A DNA stretch of 64,000 nt from Candidatus Competibacteraceae bacterium (GCA_007695245.1 REEE01000213.1:3906-67905); one strand, 5' to 3'. Positions 21,324 to 33,821 are shown, counted from the first letter of the stretch. Numbers and translations are program-made. The notes: generated by a model not told the origin, from the letters alone.

Positions 21324-22193
21324 ATGTCGAAACAACATCCCATCATCGCCATCACCGGCTCATCCGGTGCCGGCACCTCGACCGTGCGGGTGGCGATGGA
21401 ACATGTTTTCCGGCGGGACGGGTTCAATGTCGCCCTCATCGAAGGCGACAGCTTCCACCGTTACGAGCGGTTGGAAATGCAGCGACAGGTCGAACGGGCG
21501 CGCCGGGAAAATCGCAACCTCAGCCACTTCGGCCCCGAAGGCAACCTGTTCGACCGGTTGGAGGCGCTATTCATGGAATACGGCGAACGGGGCACCGGAC
21601 TGAGACGCGCCTATCTCCACGACTGGGAGGCGGCCAACGCCCGCAGCCAGGAACCGGGCACCTTCACACCGTGGGAACCGATCCCGCCCGATACCGATTT
21701 GTTGTTTTATGAGGGCTTGCACGGCGGGGTGGTGACCGAGCAGGTCAACGTCGCCCGCTACGTGGATTTGTTGATCGGCGTGGTGCCGACCGTCAATCTG
21801 GAATGGATTCAGAAAATTCACCGCGATACCGCCGAGCGCGGCTACAGCGCCGAGGCGGTGACCGACACCATTCTGCGACGGATGCATGACTACACCCATT
21901 ATATCGTGCCGCAGTTCTCCTGCACCGACATCAATTTTCAGCGGGTGCCGACGGTGGATACGTCCAACCCGTTCGCGGCGCGCGATATCCCCACTCTGGA
22001 TGAAAGTTTCGTGGTGATCCGCTTTCGGGACCCGCGCAAGACCCAGCCGGATTTTCCCTATCTCGTGCGCATGATTCACGATTCATTCATGTCGCGGCGT
22101 AATACCATCGTAGCGCCGGGCGGCAAGATGGGTTTCGCCATGGAGCTGATCCTGCAACCGTTGATCGAACGGTTGGTCCGCCGGGAGTTTTAA
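21324..22193 (+). CDS. prk: Phosphoribulokinase (Calvin cycle)
   Basis: 289 aa from ATG 21324: MSKQHPIIAITGSSGAGTST (P-loop), IEGDSFHRY, LFYEGLHG, NLEWIQKIHRD. The ORF-track extension back to 21039 overlaps the upstream gene and has no homology. Confidence 0.93.
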   Translation: MSKQHPIIAITGSSGAGTSTVRVAMEHVFRRDGFNVALIEGDSFHRYERLEMQRQVERARRENRNLSHFGPEGNLFDRLEALFMEYGERGTGLRRAYLHDWEAANARSQEPGTFTPWEPIPPDTDLLFYEGLHGGVVTEQVNVARYVDLLIGVVPTVNLEWIQKIHRDTAERGYSAEAVTDTILRRMHDYTHYIVPQFSCTDINFQRVPTVDTSNPFAARDIPTLDESFVVIRFRDPRKTQPDFPYLVRMIHDSFMSRRNTIVAPGGKMGFAMELILQPLIERLVRREF

Positions 22194-22224
22194 TCCGGGA
22201 TCTCAAAGAACAACAACCCGCCGG

Positions 22225-24078
22225 CTACGGCTGGCCGCTGGTCCGACCGCGCCGGACCAGCGCCGCGTCCTTATCCGGATCGATCCACCAGGCGTTCAAC
22301 TGCACCCCCTGCAACGGGATCACTGACGGATAACCAAACTTGTCCCAATAGGCGATCCGGGCATAGGGGATATGCCAGTGCGGGATGACCACGAAATGCC
22401 ATTGCAGCGCCCGGTCCAGCGCCTGCACCCGAGTGACCAGGCTGGCGCGGTCGGGCGCGGCGATCACCAGATCCACCAATCGATCGATGGCGGGATTCTT
22501 CAGGCCGGCCAGATTGCGACTGCCCGGCTGATCGGCGGCGACGCTGCTCCAGAACTCCCGCTGTTCGTTGCCGGGCGACAGCGACTGACCCCAAACATGC
22601 ACCACCATATCGAAATCGAAGTCGCGCACCCGGTTCTCGTACTGGGCGGAATCCACCGTACGCACGCTCATCTCGATGCCCAGTCGCTCCAGATTGCGGG
22701 CGAACGGCAACCCGATCCGTTCCCAGGTTGGTTCGTTGATCAGCAGCTCGAAGCGAAACGGCGCACCGGTCTCGGCGTTGACCAGTTTGCGATCCCGAAA
22801 CACCCACCCCGCTTCCTGCAGCAGTTGGAGGGCCTGTTTCATGTTGGCGCGCAACTGTCCGCTGTCGGCGGCTTTGGGCGGTTCGTAGACCGAGGTGAAG
22901 ACTTCAGGCGGCAATTGCTCGCGCAGCGGCTCCAGAATCGCCCGTTCCTCCGGCGACGGCAGGCCGCGCGCCGCCAGTTCGGAGTTGTCAAAAAAACTGC
23001 GGGTGCGGATGTACTGATCGTGGAACAGATTGCGGTTGCTCCACTCGAAATCGAACGCGTAGGCCAGCGCCTGGCGCACCCGGGGATCCTGGAACAACGG
23101 CCGGCGCAGGTTGTACACGAACCCCTGCATCCCGGAGGGCAACTGGTTGGCAAAAGTTTCCTTTTTCACCAGTCCCCGGCTCAGCGCCGGAAAATCGTAA
23201 CCGGTCGCCCAGTGCTTGGCGACGTTCTCCGCCCGCAGATCGTAGGTGCCGGCCTTGAACGCCTCCAGCGCCACGGTGACATCGCGGTAATAGTCGTAGC
23301 GCAGCCGGCCGAAGTTATACAAGCCTCGATTGACCGGCAGATCCTTCCCCCAGTAATCCGTATCGCGCTGGTACACAATAAAACGCCCCGGTTCGAAGCG
23401 CTCGATCCGGTACGGGCCGCTGCCGACCGGTGGTTCCAGCGTCGTCACGCCAAACTCGCGGTCCTCCCAGTACTTTTTGGAGAGTATTGGCATCTGGCCC
23501 ATGATCAGCGGCAACTCCCGATTGTCGCCGGCGCCGAACGTGAATTTCACCCGCCGCTCGCCCAGTTTCTCGACCGCGGCGACGTTGGCGTAATAAAAGC
23601 GGAAGAACGGGCTGCCCTGGGTTTTCAGCGTCTCGAAGGAAAACCGCACGTCATCGGCGGTGATCGGACTGCCGTCGTGGAATTTTGCCTCCGACCGCAG
23701 ATTGAAAATCACCGACCCGCGATCCTCGGCGATCTCCACGCTCTCGGCGATCAAGCCGTACTCGCTGAACGGCTCGTCGGCGCTGTTGGTCATCAGGCTT
23801 TCGAACAACTGGCCGATGCCGGCGGCGGCTTGGCCCTGGATGTTGAACGGATTGAAGGTATCGAAGCTGCCGATGGCGGCCAGCCGCGCCTCGCCTCCCT
23901 GGGGCGCGTCGGGGTTGACGTAGTCAAAATGCGGGAAATCCGGCCCGTACTTCGGTTGGCCGTGCAGGGCGATGCCATGCACCGGTGCCCCGGTGGCGAG
24001 CGCTGTCGCCAGAATGCCGCACAACGCCAGCAAAACAGCAGCCAGTCGCCAAGGAAAACGGACTTTTGCACGCGTCAT
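22225..24078 (-). CDS. Periplasmic ABC solute-binding protein, family 5 (YejA/oligopeptide-like)
   Basis: 617 aa with a signal peptide (RLAAVLLALCGILATALATGAP). Size and overall pattern match the family-5 SBPs of yejABEF-type transporters. No permease or ATPase gene is adjacent. Confidence 0.8.
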   Translation of the reverse strand: MTRAKVRFPWRLAAVLLALCGILATALATGAPVHGIALHGQPKYGPDFPHFDYVNPDAPQGGEARLAAIGSFDTFNPFNIQGQAAAGIGQLFESLMTNSADEPFSEYGLIAESVEIAEDRGSVIFNLRSEAKFHDGSPITADDVRFSFETLKTQGSPFFRFYYANVAAVEKLGERRVKFTFGAGDNRELPLIMGQMPILSKKYWEDREFGVTTLEPPVGSGPYRIERFEPGRFIVYQRDTDYWGKDLPVNRGLYNFGRLRYDYYRDVTVALEAFKAGTYDLRAENVAKHWATGYDFPALSRGLVKKETFANQLPSGMQGFVYNLRRPLFQDPRVRQALAYAFDFEWSNRNLFHDQYIRTRSFFDNSELAARGLPSPEERAILEPLREQLPPEVFTSVYEPPKAADSGQLRANMKQALQLLQEAGWVFRDRKLVNAETGAPFRFELLINEPTWERIGLPFARNLERLGIEMSVRTVDSAQYENRVRDFDFDMVVHVWGQSLSPGNEQREFWSSVAADQPGSRNLAGLKNPAIDRLVDLVIAAPDRASLVTRVQALDRALQWHFVVIPHWHIPYARIAYWDKFGYPSVIPLQGVQLNAWWIDPDKDAALVRRGRTSGQP

Positions 24079-24150
24079 GCACTATCCTTTACAGTTCGCA
24101 AAATTGATGACCCGACTTAAAACGATGCTAAAACAGCATAGGAGTTCATT

Positions 24151-24936
24151 ATGGGCTTTCTAGCCGGCAAACGCGCCCTGATCGTGGGAGTCGCCAGCAA
24201 CCGTTCCATCGCCTGGGGCATCGCTCAAGCCATGCGCCGGGAGGGTGCCGAACTCGCCTTGACCTATCAAAACGACAAACTGCGACCCCGCGTCGAGAAG
24301 ATGGCGGCCGAACTGGACAGTGCCATCGTCCTGCCGTGCGAAGTGGAAAGCGACACGGAAATCGCCGCCCTGTTCGAGGCGTTACAAACCCCCTGGGACG
24401 GGTTGGATATTGTGGTCCACTCGGTGGCTTATGCGCCGCGCGAAGCGCTGGAGGGAGATTTTCTGGACAGCGTCGATCGCGAGAATTTCCGCATCGCCCA
24501 CGACATCAGTTCCTATAGCTTCGCGGCCTTGGCCAAGGGCGCGCGGCCGTTGATGAAGGGCCGCCGGGGCGCATTGATCGCCATGACTTATCTGGGCGGC
24601 GTGCGGGCGGTGCCCAACTACAACGTCATGGGGCTAGCCAAGGCCAGTCTGGACGCCAACGTCCGCTATCTGGCGCAGACGCTGGGACCGGAAGGCATCC
24701 GGGTCAACGCCATTTCCGCCGGACCGATCCGCACCTTGGCGGCGTCCGGCATCAAGAACTTTCGCAAGATGCTGGATGCCTTCGCGCACACCGCGCCCCT
24801 GCGACGCTGCGTCACCATCGAGGACGTAGGTAACGCCGCGGCGTTCCTGTGCTCCGATCTGGCCGCCGGCATCACGGGCGAAATCCTCTATGTCGATGGC
24901 GGCTTCAACACCGTCGCATCGGGCGCGGTGGAGTAA
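24151..24936 (+). CDS. fabI: Enoyl-[acyl-carrier-protein] reductase (NADH)
   Basis: 261 aa with [26 protein letters not shown], catalytic [10 protein letters not shown]-like, and [14 protein letters not shown]. Confidence 0.94.
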   Translation: MGFLAGKRALIVGVASNRSIAWGIAQAMRREGAELALTYQNDKLRPRVEKMAAELDSAIVLPCEVESDTEIAALFEALQTPWDGLDIVVHSVAYAPREALEGDFLDSVDRENFRIAHDISSYSFAALAKGARPLMKGRRGALIAMTYLGGVRAVPNYNVMGLAKASLDANVRYLAQTLGPEGIRVNAISAGPIRTLAASGIKNFRKMLDAFAHTAPLRRCVTIEDVGNAAAFLCSDLAAGITGEILYVDGGFNTVASGAVE

Positions 24937-24997
24937 CGGCGACCGGGGGGGCGATCCCGGATGCGCTTTGCGCGCCGGGCCGCCCTGACGGTGGCCA

Positions 24998-26917
24998 TTA
25001 CATCCGATTCGGGTACGTGACGATCTTGGTGTTTTGGCGCAAGCTGGCCAGCAGGCTGTCGAACTGCTCCACACCCATCTGCTGGGCCAGTTGCCGCGTC
25101 AATATTTGGCGTTCCTCCTCGGAAAAAGCATCCAGCCGCCCGGGAACCACCTGGGTCACGCCCAACACAGCCCGATCGCCATTCGTCAGGATCACCGAAC
25201 CGAGCGCCATCTGCCCGGCCTCCGGTTGCGGCAGGCGGAACGCGGCGTCCAGCACGGTGCGATCCACTGCTAGCGCGTCGCGGCCCACTAAACCGGCGTC
25301 CCGAAATTCCCCGCCAAACTCGGTCGCCAGGGTTTGCAAGTGCTCGCCCTGGGCGACGCGCGTCCGCACCGTCTCGATGTCCCGACTCAAAGCTTCACGG
25401 GCCTGCTGCTCGCGCAGGGTCGCGACAATGTCTTCGCGGGCTTCCTCCAAGGTGAGAGGTGCGGCGGGCTGATGCTCCCGCACGCGCAGCACGACCACAC
25501 GGCCTGGCTCCAGCTCGATTGGCTCGCTGTTGATCCTGCGGCGCAGGACATCATCGCTAAACACACTGGCGAGAACCCGGGGATGGGCGAAGATCCCCTC
25601 GTCGCCAGTGCGCCCGAACCAGTCGCTGTCCTGGATCGTCACGCCCAACGCCCGCGCGGCGGGCTCCAACGTATCCGGATGCTCGAAACTGAGGTTGGCG
25701 AGGGTCTGAATAATATCGTAGAAGTGGTTTTCGGCTTTCTGTTGGCGCAGTTCCGCAGCCACGGCCGCGCGGGCCTCGGCAAAGGGCTGGACTTGCGCGG
25801 GCGTGATCTGGTCCAGTCGGATAAGGTGAAATCCCGACGGCATCCGCACCGGTTCGCTGACCGCGCCCGGTTCTTCCAAGGCGTACAGGGCGATTTCGAA
25901 TGCCGGGCTGTCGAACAATCCCTGACTGATAACGCCCAGTTCGCCGCCTTCCACGCCGCCTGCTGGGTCAGCTTGCGCCTCCCGCAGGGCCTCTTCGAAG
26001 CTCTGTTCGCCGGAGTGAATGCGCTCGGCAAGCGCTTGGGCGCGGGCGCGCGCCGTTTCCACCTCGGCGGCGCTGGCGCTCGGCGGCAGTTGCACCAGAA
26101 TGTGCGACGCCGAACGCTGCTCCGGCTGACTGTATCGCGCGGCCTGATCCTGGTAAGCCGCTTGTAATTCCTCTTCGCCGACCGTGAGTTCTTCGGCGAT
26201 TCGTTCCAGATGCAGCTCGATGAATTGCACCTGCACCTGCTCGGGGTTGACGAAGCGCGTTGGGTTATTCGCGAAATAATCCTGGATCGCCGCGTCGTCC
26301 ATCTGGACCGCGGCTTGATAGTTTTCCAAGGGCAACACCGTGTAGTGCAGCTCCCGTTGCTGCCGGAGCAAGGCGATCAATTGCGCCTGCTCCGCCGGCG
26401 TGAACAACGCCGAGACGATCACGCCCGTGCGCAGTTGCTCGGTTGCCAGCGACTGCCGCAGTCCCTCCTCGAACATGCTCGGCGTCATACCCTGGTGGCG
26501 CAGCAGTCGTTCGTACAGCTCCCCGTCAAATCCGCCGCTCTCCTGAAAAACCGGCAACGCCCGCACGGCCTCGAACAATTGCCGGTCGCTGACCCGGAAG
26601 CCCTGTTCGCGAGCCGCGCGGTTCAGCACTTGTTCGTCGATCAGTTGTTGCAACACTTCCTGCCTCAGACGCGTTCCTTCCAGGAACTCCGGATCGAAAT
26701 CGTCCCCCATCAGCGCCTGCAGGCGCTGGCGCTGATTTTGGTAGGCCCGTTGAAATTCCTGAAGGGAAATCTTGGCCTTGCCGACTTCGGCGATTTCGCT
26801 AGGCGCGCCGCCCTCGAAGTAGGAGTGAATGCCCCATAAGGCGAACGGGACGGTGAGGAATCCGACGATGGTATAGGCAACCCAGCCTCGGGCGCGCTCG
26901 CGGATGAACTGTAGCAT
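24998..26917 (-). CDS. ppiD: Periplasmic chaperone / peptidyl-prolyl isomerase PpiD
   Basis: 639 aa. N-terminal MLQFIRERARGWVAYTIVGFLTVPFALWG anchor and an internal parvulin-like segment (SASHILVQ...). Conserved position after hupB. Confidence 0.88.
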   Translation of the reverse strand: MLQFIRERARGWVAYTIVGFLTVPFALWGIHSYFEGGAPSEIAEVGKAKISLQEFQRAYQNQRQRLQALMGDDFDPEFLEGTRLRQEVLQQLIDEQVLNRAAREQGFRVSDRQLFEAVRALPVFQESGGFDGELYERLLRHQGMTPSMFEEGLRQSLATEQLRTGVIVSALFTPAEQAQLIALLRQQRELHYTVLPLENYQAAVQMDDAAIQDYFANNPTRFVNPEQVQVQFIELHLERIAEELTVGEEELQAAYQDQAARYSQPEQRSASHILVQLPPSASAAEVETARARAQALAERIHSGEQSFEEALREAQADPAGGVEGGELGVISQGLFDSPAFEIALYALEEPGAVSEPVRMPSGFHLIRLDQITPAQVQPFAEARAAVAAELRQQKAENHFYDIIQTLANLSFEHPDTLEPAARALGVTIQDSDWFGRTGDEGIFAHPRVLASVFSDDVLRRRINSEPIELEPGRVVVLRVREHQPAAPLTLEEAREDIVATLREQQAREALSRDIETVRTRVAQGEHLQTLATEFGGEFRDAGLVGRDALAVDRTVLDAAFRLPQPEAGQMALGSVILTNGDRAVLGVTQVVPGRLDAFSEEERQILTRQLAQQMGVEQFDSLLASLRQNTKIVTYPNRM

Positions 26918-27017
26918 GGCAAGTACCCGGTTTCAGGTCGGAATGACCTATGGAAAATTCAGAAAAATGGATCGACAAACTAAAGAATGGGGGCATCTTG
27001 ACGATACCCTTGGGGAC

Positions 27018-27094
27018 TGGCGGAGCGGACGGGACTCGAACCCGCGACCCCCGGCGTGACAGGCCGGTATTCTAACCGACTGAACTACCGCTCC
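27018..27094 (-). tRNA. tRNA-Asp(GTC), copy 1
   Basis: The reverse complement is GGAGCGGTAGTTCAGTCGGTTAGAATACCGGCCTGTCACGCCGGGGGTCGCGGGTTCGAGTCCCGTCCGCTCCGCCA. Confidence 0.92.
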
Positions 27095-27161
27095 GGATGT
27101 GGGGACCCACTGAGAGACTTAAACGGCTAAAGACCAAACAAGCAACTCGGATGTGGGAAAT

Positions 27162-27238
27162 TGGCGGAGCGGACGGGACTCGAACCCGCGACCCCCGGCG
27201 TGACAGGCCGGTATTCTAACCGACTGAACTACCGCTCC
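27162..27238 (-). tRNA. tRNA-Asp(GTC), copy 2 (identical to copy 1)
   Basis: The 77-nt sequence is identical to 27018-27094. Confidence 0.92.
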
Positions 27239-27251
27239 GGCATTCAAACCG

Positions 27252-27327
27252 TGGTGGGTGCTGAGGGACTCGAACCCGCGACCCTCGCCTTGTAAGGGCG
27301 ATGCTCTCCCAACTGAGCTAAGCACCC
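27252..27327 (-). tRNA. tRNA-Val(TAC)
   Basis: The reverse complement is GGGTGCTTAGCTCAGTTGGGAGAGCATCGCCCTTACAAGGCGAGGGTCGCGGGTTCGAGTCCCTCAGCACCCACCA. Confidence 0.92.
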
Positions 27328-27339
27328 TGAAAAAGAAGT

Positions 27340-27612
27340 TTAATTTACTGCATCCTTAAGTGTTTTACCAGCCTTAAAAACGGGCGACTTGCTCGCCTTG
27401 ATTTCCATGGATTCGCCGGTCTTGGGATTATGGCCAGTTCGGGCGGGGCGCTCCCGGATTGCGAACGTCCCAAAACCGGTCAAAACCACAGCTTCGCCTT
27501 TCTCGAGCGCACTTTGAATCGTATCCAGAACCGCGGATACTGCTTTACTGGCGGCTCCTTTGGAAAGATCGGTAGCCTGCGCAACGGCGTCGACGAGTTC
27601 AGTTTTGTTCAT
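27340..27612 (-). CDS. hupB: DNA-binding protein HU-beta
   Basis: 90 aa from MNKTELVDAVA... with GFGTFAIRERPARTGHNPKTGE. Sits in the conserved lon-hupB-ppiD order. Confidence 0.95.
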   Translation of the reverse strand: MNKTELVDAVAQATDLSKGAASKAVSAVLDTIQSALEKGEAVVLTGFGTFAIRERPARTGHNPKTGESMEIKASKSPVFKAGKTLKDAVN

Positions 27613-27710
27613 GAGCCCCTTCCTATGCAAGTTTTACGTTATTGGACTTGAACAGCGCTCGGCATGGCGCGCGTTGATCCCGCCCTAGAATGAAGATGAT
27701 CGCTGGATTC

Positions 27711-27740
27711 CTTATAGCAGGGCGTTTAAAGCAGTGTCAA
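27711..27740 (-). promoter_or_regulatory. Candidate sigma70 promoter for hupB
   Basis: On the minus strand: TTGACA (27740-27735), an 18-nt spacer, then TATAAG (27716-27711), about 95 nt upstream of the hupB ATG. Confidence 0.4.
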
Positions 27741-27846
27741 CGGACCATGGGCACTCAGAACCCTCTACCTTGGCTTATATTTTTTCCCACCCCTGTCCCA
27801 TCCATAGGTGGAACGGGGCGAGCGGTGAAGATCGAGCAAAATTCCA

Positions 27847-30297
27847 TCAGTGCGCCCGGACGTTTTCCAGGGCCGTACCCGGTTTGGCGGAGTCCGGCGC
27901 GGAGGCCGCGGCGTCTGCTTCCACGCCGTCCCGAGGCTTGGGGGCGGGCAACGCTTGCAGCGCAATATCAAAGACCTGGTCGATCCAGCGCACCGGTCGC
28001 ACTTCCAGCTTGGCCAGAATATTGGCCGGAATTTCGGTCAGATCCTTGCGATTCTCCTCCGGAATCACCACCGTCGACAAACCACCCCGGTGCGCCGCCA
28101 ACAGTTTCTCCTTGAGCCCGCCAATCGGTAGCACTTCACCGCGCAGCGTAATCTCGCCGGTCATGGCGACGCTGGCCCGCGCCGGAATCTGGGTCAGGGC
28201 GGAGACCAGCGCCGTACACATGCCGATGCCGGCGCTGGGGCCATCCTTGGGCGTCGCGCCTTCGGGGACGTGAATGTGGACATCGTACTTCTGGTGGAAT
28301 TCCGGATCGATGCCGAGCGCCCCGGCGCGACTGCGGACCACGGTCATCGCCGCCTGAATGGATTCCTGCATCACCTCGCCCAACTGACCGGTATGAATCA
28401 GCTTGCCCTTGCCCGGCACCAGGGCCGCTTCGATGCTGAGCAGTTCACCCCCCACTTCGGTCCAGGCCAGCCCGGTCACCTGCCCGACCTGATCCTCCTC
28501 CTCGGCCAAGCCATAGCGGAACCGCCGCACCCCCAGATACTTGTCCAATAGGTCAGGGGTGACGGTCATCGTTTGCGTGACCGGTTGCAGGGTCACTTCC
28601 TTGACCACCTTGCGACAAACCTTGGCGATCTCCCGCTCCAGATTGCGGACCCCGGCCTCGCGGGTGTAAAAGCGAATAACGTCGCGGAGCGTATCATCGG
28701 GGATTGCGAGTTCGTCCTTGCGCAGACCGTTGTTGGCCACCTGTTTCGGCACCAGGTAACGCGCGGCGATGTTGAGCTTTTCATCCTCGGTATAACCGGG
28801 AATTCGGATCACCTCCATCCGATCCAGCAACGGCGGGGGAATATTGAGCGAATTGGCGGTCGCCACGAACATCACATCCGACAGGTCGAAGTCCACCTCG
28901 AGATAATGGTCGCTGAAAGTGTTGTTCTGCTCGGGGTCCAGCACTTCCAGCAACGCCGAGGAGGGGTCACCGCGGAAATCCATCGACATCTTGTCGATCT
29001 CGTCGAACAGAAACAGGGGATTGCGCACCCCGACCTTGGCCAGATTCTGGATCACCTTACCCGGCAGCGAGCCGATATAGGTCCGGCGGTGCCCGCGGAT
29101 CTCCGCTTCATCGCGCACGCCGCCCAGCGACATGCGCGCGAACTTGCGATTGGTGGCGCGGGCGATGGAGCGCCCCAGCGACGTCTTGCCCACGCCCGGC
29201 GGGCCGACCAGGCACAAGATGGGACCCTTAAGCTTGCGCGCCCGCTGCTGTACGGCCAAATATTCGAGAATCCGTTCCTTGACCTTCTCCAGACCATAGT
29301 GGTCGGCTTCCAGAATGCCCTCGGCGGTGGTCAAATTGTGATAGACCTTGGTGCGTTTTTTCCAGGGTACGCTCACCAGCCAGTCGACGTAGTTGCGCAC
29401 CACGGTCGCTTCGGCCGACATCGGCGACATCATCCGCAGCTTGTTGAGTTCCGCCTGGGCCTTAGCCTTGGCCTCCTTGGGCATTCCCGCTTTTTCGATG
29501 CGCTGCGCCAGTTCCTCGATTTCGTTGGGGACGTCTTCCAGATCGCCGAGTTCCTTCTGAATGGCTTTCATCTGCTCGTTCAGGTAGTACTCGCGCTGGC
29601 TTTTTTCCATCTGCTGCTTGACGCGACTGCGAATGCGCTTTTCCACCTGGAGCAGGTCGATCTCGCCTTCCACCAAGGCCAGCAATTGTTCGAGACGCTC
29701 GTGCAGGCTCTGAATTTCCAGAATTCGCTGCTTTTCATCCAATTTGAGCGTCATGTGCGCGGCGATGGTGTCGGCCAGCCGACCGGGATCCTCAATGCCG
29801 GACACCGACGTCAGCACTTCACCCGGAATTTTCTTGTTGAGCTTGACATACTGGTCGAAAGTCCCGAGCAACGAGCGCATCAGCGCCTGCACTTCCTGGG
29901 CCTCGCGTTCTTCCAGCGCCGACTCCAGCAATAGCGAGACCTCGGCGACGAAGCAGGCCTGGGTTTCGGTGAAGTGGTGAATGCACACGCGCTGGCCGCC
30001 CTCCACCAGCACCTTGACCGTTCCATCCGGCAACCGCAGCAATTGCAGGACGTTCGCCAGAGTACCGATGGCGTACACATCGCCGATTCCTGGGTCATCC
30101 ACTTCCGCGCTTTTCTGCGCGATCAGGACGATTCGCTTGTTGTTCTGCATGGCCAGATCGAGCGCGTGGATGGATTTTTCGCGACCGACAAACAGCGGGA
30201 TGACCATGTGGGGATAGACCACGACATCGCGGAGCGGCAACACCGGCATCAGCGCATGACTGGGCAAACTGTCGAACTTGGCTTCGCTTTGCTTCAC
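27847..30297 (-). CDS. lon: ATP-dependent Lon protease
   Basis: [24 protein letters not shown], Walker [16 protein letters not shown], and catalytic PKDGPSAG. I prefer the GTG start at 30297, which has GGAGGG 6 nt upstream. The ORF track runs to 30354. Confidence 0.96.
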   Translation of the reverse strand: MKQSEAKFDSLPSHALMPVLPLRDVVVYPHMVIPLFVGREKSIHALDLAMQNNKRIVLIAQKSAEVDDPGIGDVYAIGTLANVLQLLRLPDGTVKVLVEGGQRVCIHHFTETQACFVAEVSLLLESALEEREAQEVQALMRSLLGTFDQYVKLNKKIPGEVLTSVSGIEDPGRLADTIAAHMTLKLDEKQRILEIQSLHERLEQLLALVEGEIDLLQVEKRIRSRVKQQMEKSQREYYLNEQMKAIQKELGDLEDVPNEIEELAQRIEKAGMPKEAKAKAQAELNKLRMMSPMSAEATVVRNYVDWLVSVPWKKRTKVYHNLTTAEGILEADHYGLEKVKERILEYLAVQQRARKLKGPILCLVGPPGVGKTSLGRSIARATNRKFARMSLGGVRDEAEIRGHRRTYIGSLPGKVIQNLAKVGVRNPLFLFDEIDKMSMDFRGDPSSALLEVLDPEQNNTFSDHYLEVDFDLSDVMFVATANSLNIPPPLLDRMEVIRIPGYTEDEKLNIAARYLVPKQVANNGLRKDELAIPDDTLRDVIRFYTREAGVRNLEREIAKVCRKVVKEVTLQPVTQTMTVTPDLLDKYLGVRRFRYGLAEEEDQVGQVTGLAWTEVGGELLSIEAALVPGKGKLIHTGQLGEVMQESIQAAMTVVRSRAGALGIDPEFHQKYDVHIHVPEGATPKDGPSAGIGMCTALVSALTQIPARASVAMTGEITLRGEVLPIGGLKEKLLAAHRGGLSTVVIPEENRKDLTEIPANILAKLEVRPVRWIDQVFDIALQALPAPKPRDGVEADAAASAPDSAKPGTALENVRAH

Positions 30298-30477
30298 AGC
30301 GGACCCTCCGCGGTTAAACCGGACGACGGAACGAACAGCGGCGCTTCCAGGCACCTGCGGCGCACCCCGGCGCTGCGGCGGTGGACACCAGCGATCGGTT
30401 TTCAGAACTTCGCCGCTCGGGATGGGACATCGTGAAATCCAGCGGCGCTCGCCGCCGGTGGGAACCCGCGTGCAACC

Positions 30478-31764
<1,287 letters not shown>

Positions 31765-31860
31765 AACGGCCATCCTCATCATCGCGCGGTCGATGGATCT
31801 GGCGGGAGTAGGCACCCCGCCAGGATCCTCTACTGGAAAAATGGTTGTCCGACTGGCGCG

Positions 31861-32490
31861 TCAGTTCGCCGAGACCCGCTGGCTCAGCATTTCATCGATC
31901 AGACCATACTCGACGGCTTCGGCTCCGCCCATGAAATTATCACGATCCGTATCGATAGCGATTTTTTCGATCGGTTGGCCGGTGTGTTTGGCCAGGATTC
32001 GGTTGAGACGATCGCGGACCAGCAGGATTTCCCGGGCGTGGATGTCGAAATCGCTCGCCTGTCCCTGGAACCCGCCCAGTGGCTGATGGATCATGACGCG
32101 CGAGTGCGGCAGACAGAAGCGCTTGCCCGCCGCTCCTCCAGTCAGCAGCAACGCGCCCATGCTGGCCGCTTGACCGACGCACATGGTGCTGACGGCCGGC
32201 TTGATGAATTGCATGGTATCGTAGATGGCCAGGCCCGCACTGACCGAACCGCCGGGGGAGTTGATGTACAGGTGAATATCCTTATCCGGGTTCTCGGCTT
32301 CCAGGAACAGCAGCTGCGCCACGACCAGGTTGGCGGTGTAGTCCTCGACCGGACCCACCAGAAACACCACGCGCTCTTTCAGCAGTCGGGAATAGATATC
32401 GTAGGCGCGTTCGCCGCGCGCGGTCTGTTCCACCACGATGGGGACGAGATTCAGTGCTCGGATGGTGGCGGCGGAACCGTTGTCGCTCAT
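31861..32490 (-). CDS. clpP: ATP-dependent Clp protease proteolytic subunit ClpP
   Basis: 209 aa from ATG 32490, with an ATGA overlap onto the tig stop and AGGAG upstream. Motifs: [36 protein letters not shown]. Confidence 0.95.
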   Translation of the reverse strand: MSDNGSAATIRALNLVPIVVEQTARGERAYDIYSRLLKERVVFLVGPVEDYTANLVVAQLLFLEAENPDKDIHLYINSPGGSVSAGLAIYDTMQFIKPAVSTMCVGQAASMGALLLTGGAAGKRFCLPHSRVMIHQPLGGFQGQASDFDIHAREILLVRDRLNRILAKHTGQPIEKIAIDTDRDNFMGGAEAVEYGLIDEMLSQRVSAN

Positions 32491-33821
32491 GCGGAAGACT
32501 CCTGTCGCACCGACCCCGTCGGCGGTTGGACTGAATTCATGATTTCGGCGAAGGTGCTGGGACTCGCGCTGACTTGCGCCCGCTCCAGCACCCACTCCAC
32601 GATTTGCTCTTCGAGCACCAGAGCGCGCACGCTATCGAGAGCCCGAGGCGTTTTCTCGTACCAACGTAAGACTTCGGCGGGATCCTGGTAGCTGGCCGCC
32701 AGGGATTCCAGATGGCTGCGGACGCGCTGGCCGTCCACCTCGATCTGCTGCGTCACCGCCAACCGGGAAACCAGGAGCCCTAAAGCGACTCGCCGACGGG
32801 CTTCGGGCTCAAACAATTGGGTTTTCAGTTGCTGGCTCTTTTCGTCGTTGGCTTCGGGTGGAAAACTCATCTGCCGGGCCAGATTCTCGATTTCGGCGGC
32901 AATCAGCGCTTGCGGCAGTGGGAAAGGGTTAGCTGCCAACAGGCCCTGCATGACCTGACGCTTGACCCGTGCTTTGATACCGTTGTGTAGCTCGCGTTCC
33001 ATGTTTTCGCGCAGGGCTTGGCGCAAGGCTGTAATGCCGCCATCCCCAATCTCGAAGCCGGCGATGAAAGTCTCGTCCACTTCCGGCAGATGAGATTCCT
33101 CAACGGCATGCAGCTTGACCTGGAAGCGCGCGGTTTTTCCGGCAACATCCACGGCGTAATAATCCGCGGGAAAAGTCAGGTCGAACACGATCTCCGCGCC
33201 CGCGCTCAGGCCGAGCAACCGCCCCTCGAAGTCCTTGAGCAGGGCGCTCTTGCCTAGCACTAAATTCGTATTCTCGCCCTTGCCACCGGCAAAATCCCGA
33301 TCATCGATCTTTCCTTCGAAATCGACGCGCACCCGGTCACCCTCGCGGGCCGGCCGTTCCACCACGTTCCAAATCGCCCGTTGCTGGCGCAGCGTCTCGA
33401 TCATGTTGTCCACGTCCTGTTCGGTGACTTCCGCCACCGGCCGCTCGATGTGGATCTCTTCAAATCCGGTCGGCTCGAATTCAGGCAGGATTTCGAAAGT
33501 GGCGCTGTAGGCGAAATCCCGTCCTTCCTCAAAGGGTTGAGGTTCGATTTTCGGGCCATCCAAAGGACGCAGCTTTTCCTGGACCAGCGCCTCCTGCAAG
33601 CTGTTTTCCACGAGTTTGCTGACCACTTCGTACCGCACCTGGTCTCCGTAGAGCCGGTCGATGACTTTGATCGGTATCTTGCCCTTGCGGAAACCGTCCA
33701 ATCTGACCGTCTTGGACAGGGAGCGCATTCGATCCTGCATTTCCTTGGTGAACGTTTCGGCGGGGATCTGTACGGTGACCCGGCGCTCCAGATCGTTCAA
33801 CGTCTCGACTGAAACCTGCAT
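32487..33821 (-). CDS. tig: Trigger factor
   Basis: 444 aa with [30 protein letters not shown], and a central FKBP-type domain. Confidence 0.95.
   Translation of the reverse strand: MQVSVETLNDLERRVTVQIPAETFTKEMQDRMRSLSKTVRLDGFRKGKIPIKVIDRLYGDQVRYEVVSKLVENSLQEALVQEKLRPLDGPKIEPQPFEEGRDFAYSATFEILPEFEPTGFEEIHIERPVAEVTEQDVDNMIETLRQQRAIWNVVERPAREGDRVRVDFEGKIDDRDFAGGKGENTNLVLGKSALLKDFEGRLLGLSAGAEIVFDLTFPADYYAVDVAGKTARFQVKLHAVEESHLPEVDETFIAGFEIGDGGITALRQALRENMERELHNGIKARVKRQVMQGLLAANPFPLPQALIAAEIENLARQMSFPPEANDEKSQQLKTQLFEPEARRRVALGLLVSRLAVTQQIEVDGQRVRSHLESLAASYQDPAEVLRWYEKTPRALDSVRALVLEEQIVEWVLERAQVSASPSTFAEIMNSVQPPTGSVRQESSA

Noticed and set aside
27790-27830. Possible lon terminator hairpin (ccccgttcca...tgggacagggg on the minus strand).
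   Set aside because: The stem is imperfect with several mismatches. It is followed by an A-run rather than a U-run in the direction of transcription.
30380-30407. Sigma32-like heat-shock promoter upstream of lon (TTCTGAAA ... GTCCACC on the minus strand).
   Set aside because: The match to CTTGAAA-N13/14-CCCCATNT is only partial, the spacing is about 15 nt, and the -10 lacks the CCCCAT core. That is too weak to call without transcript data.
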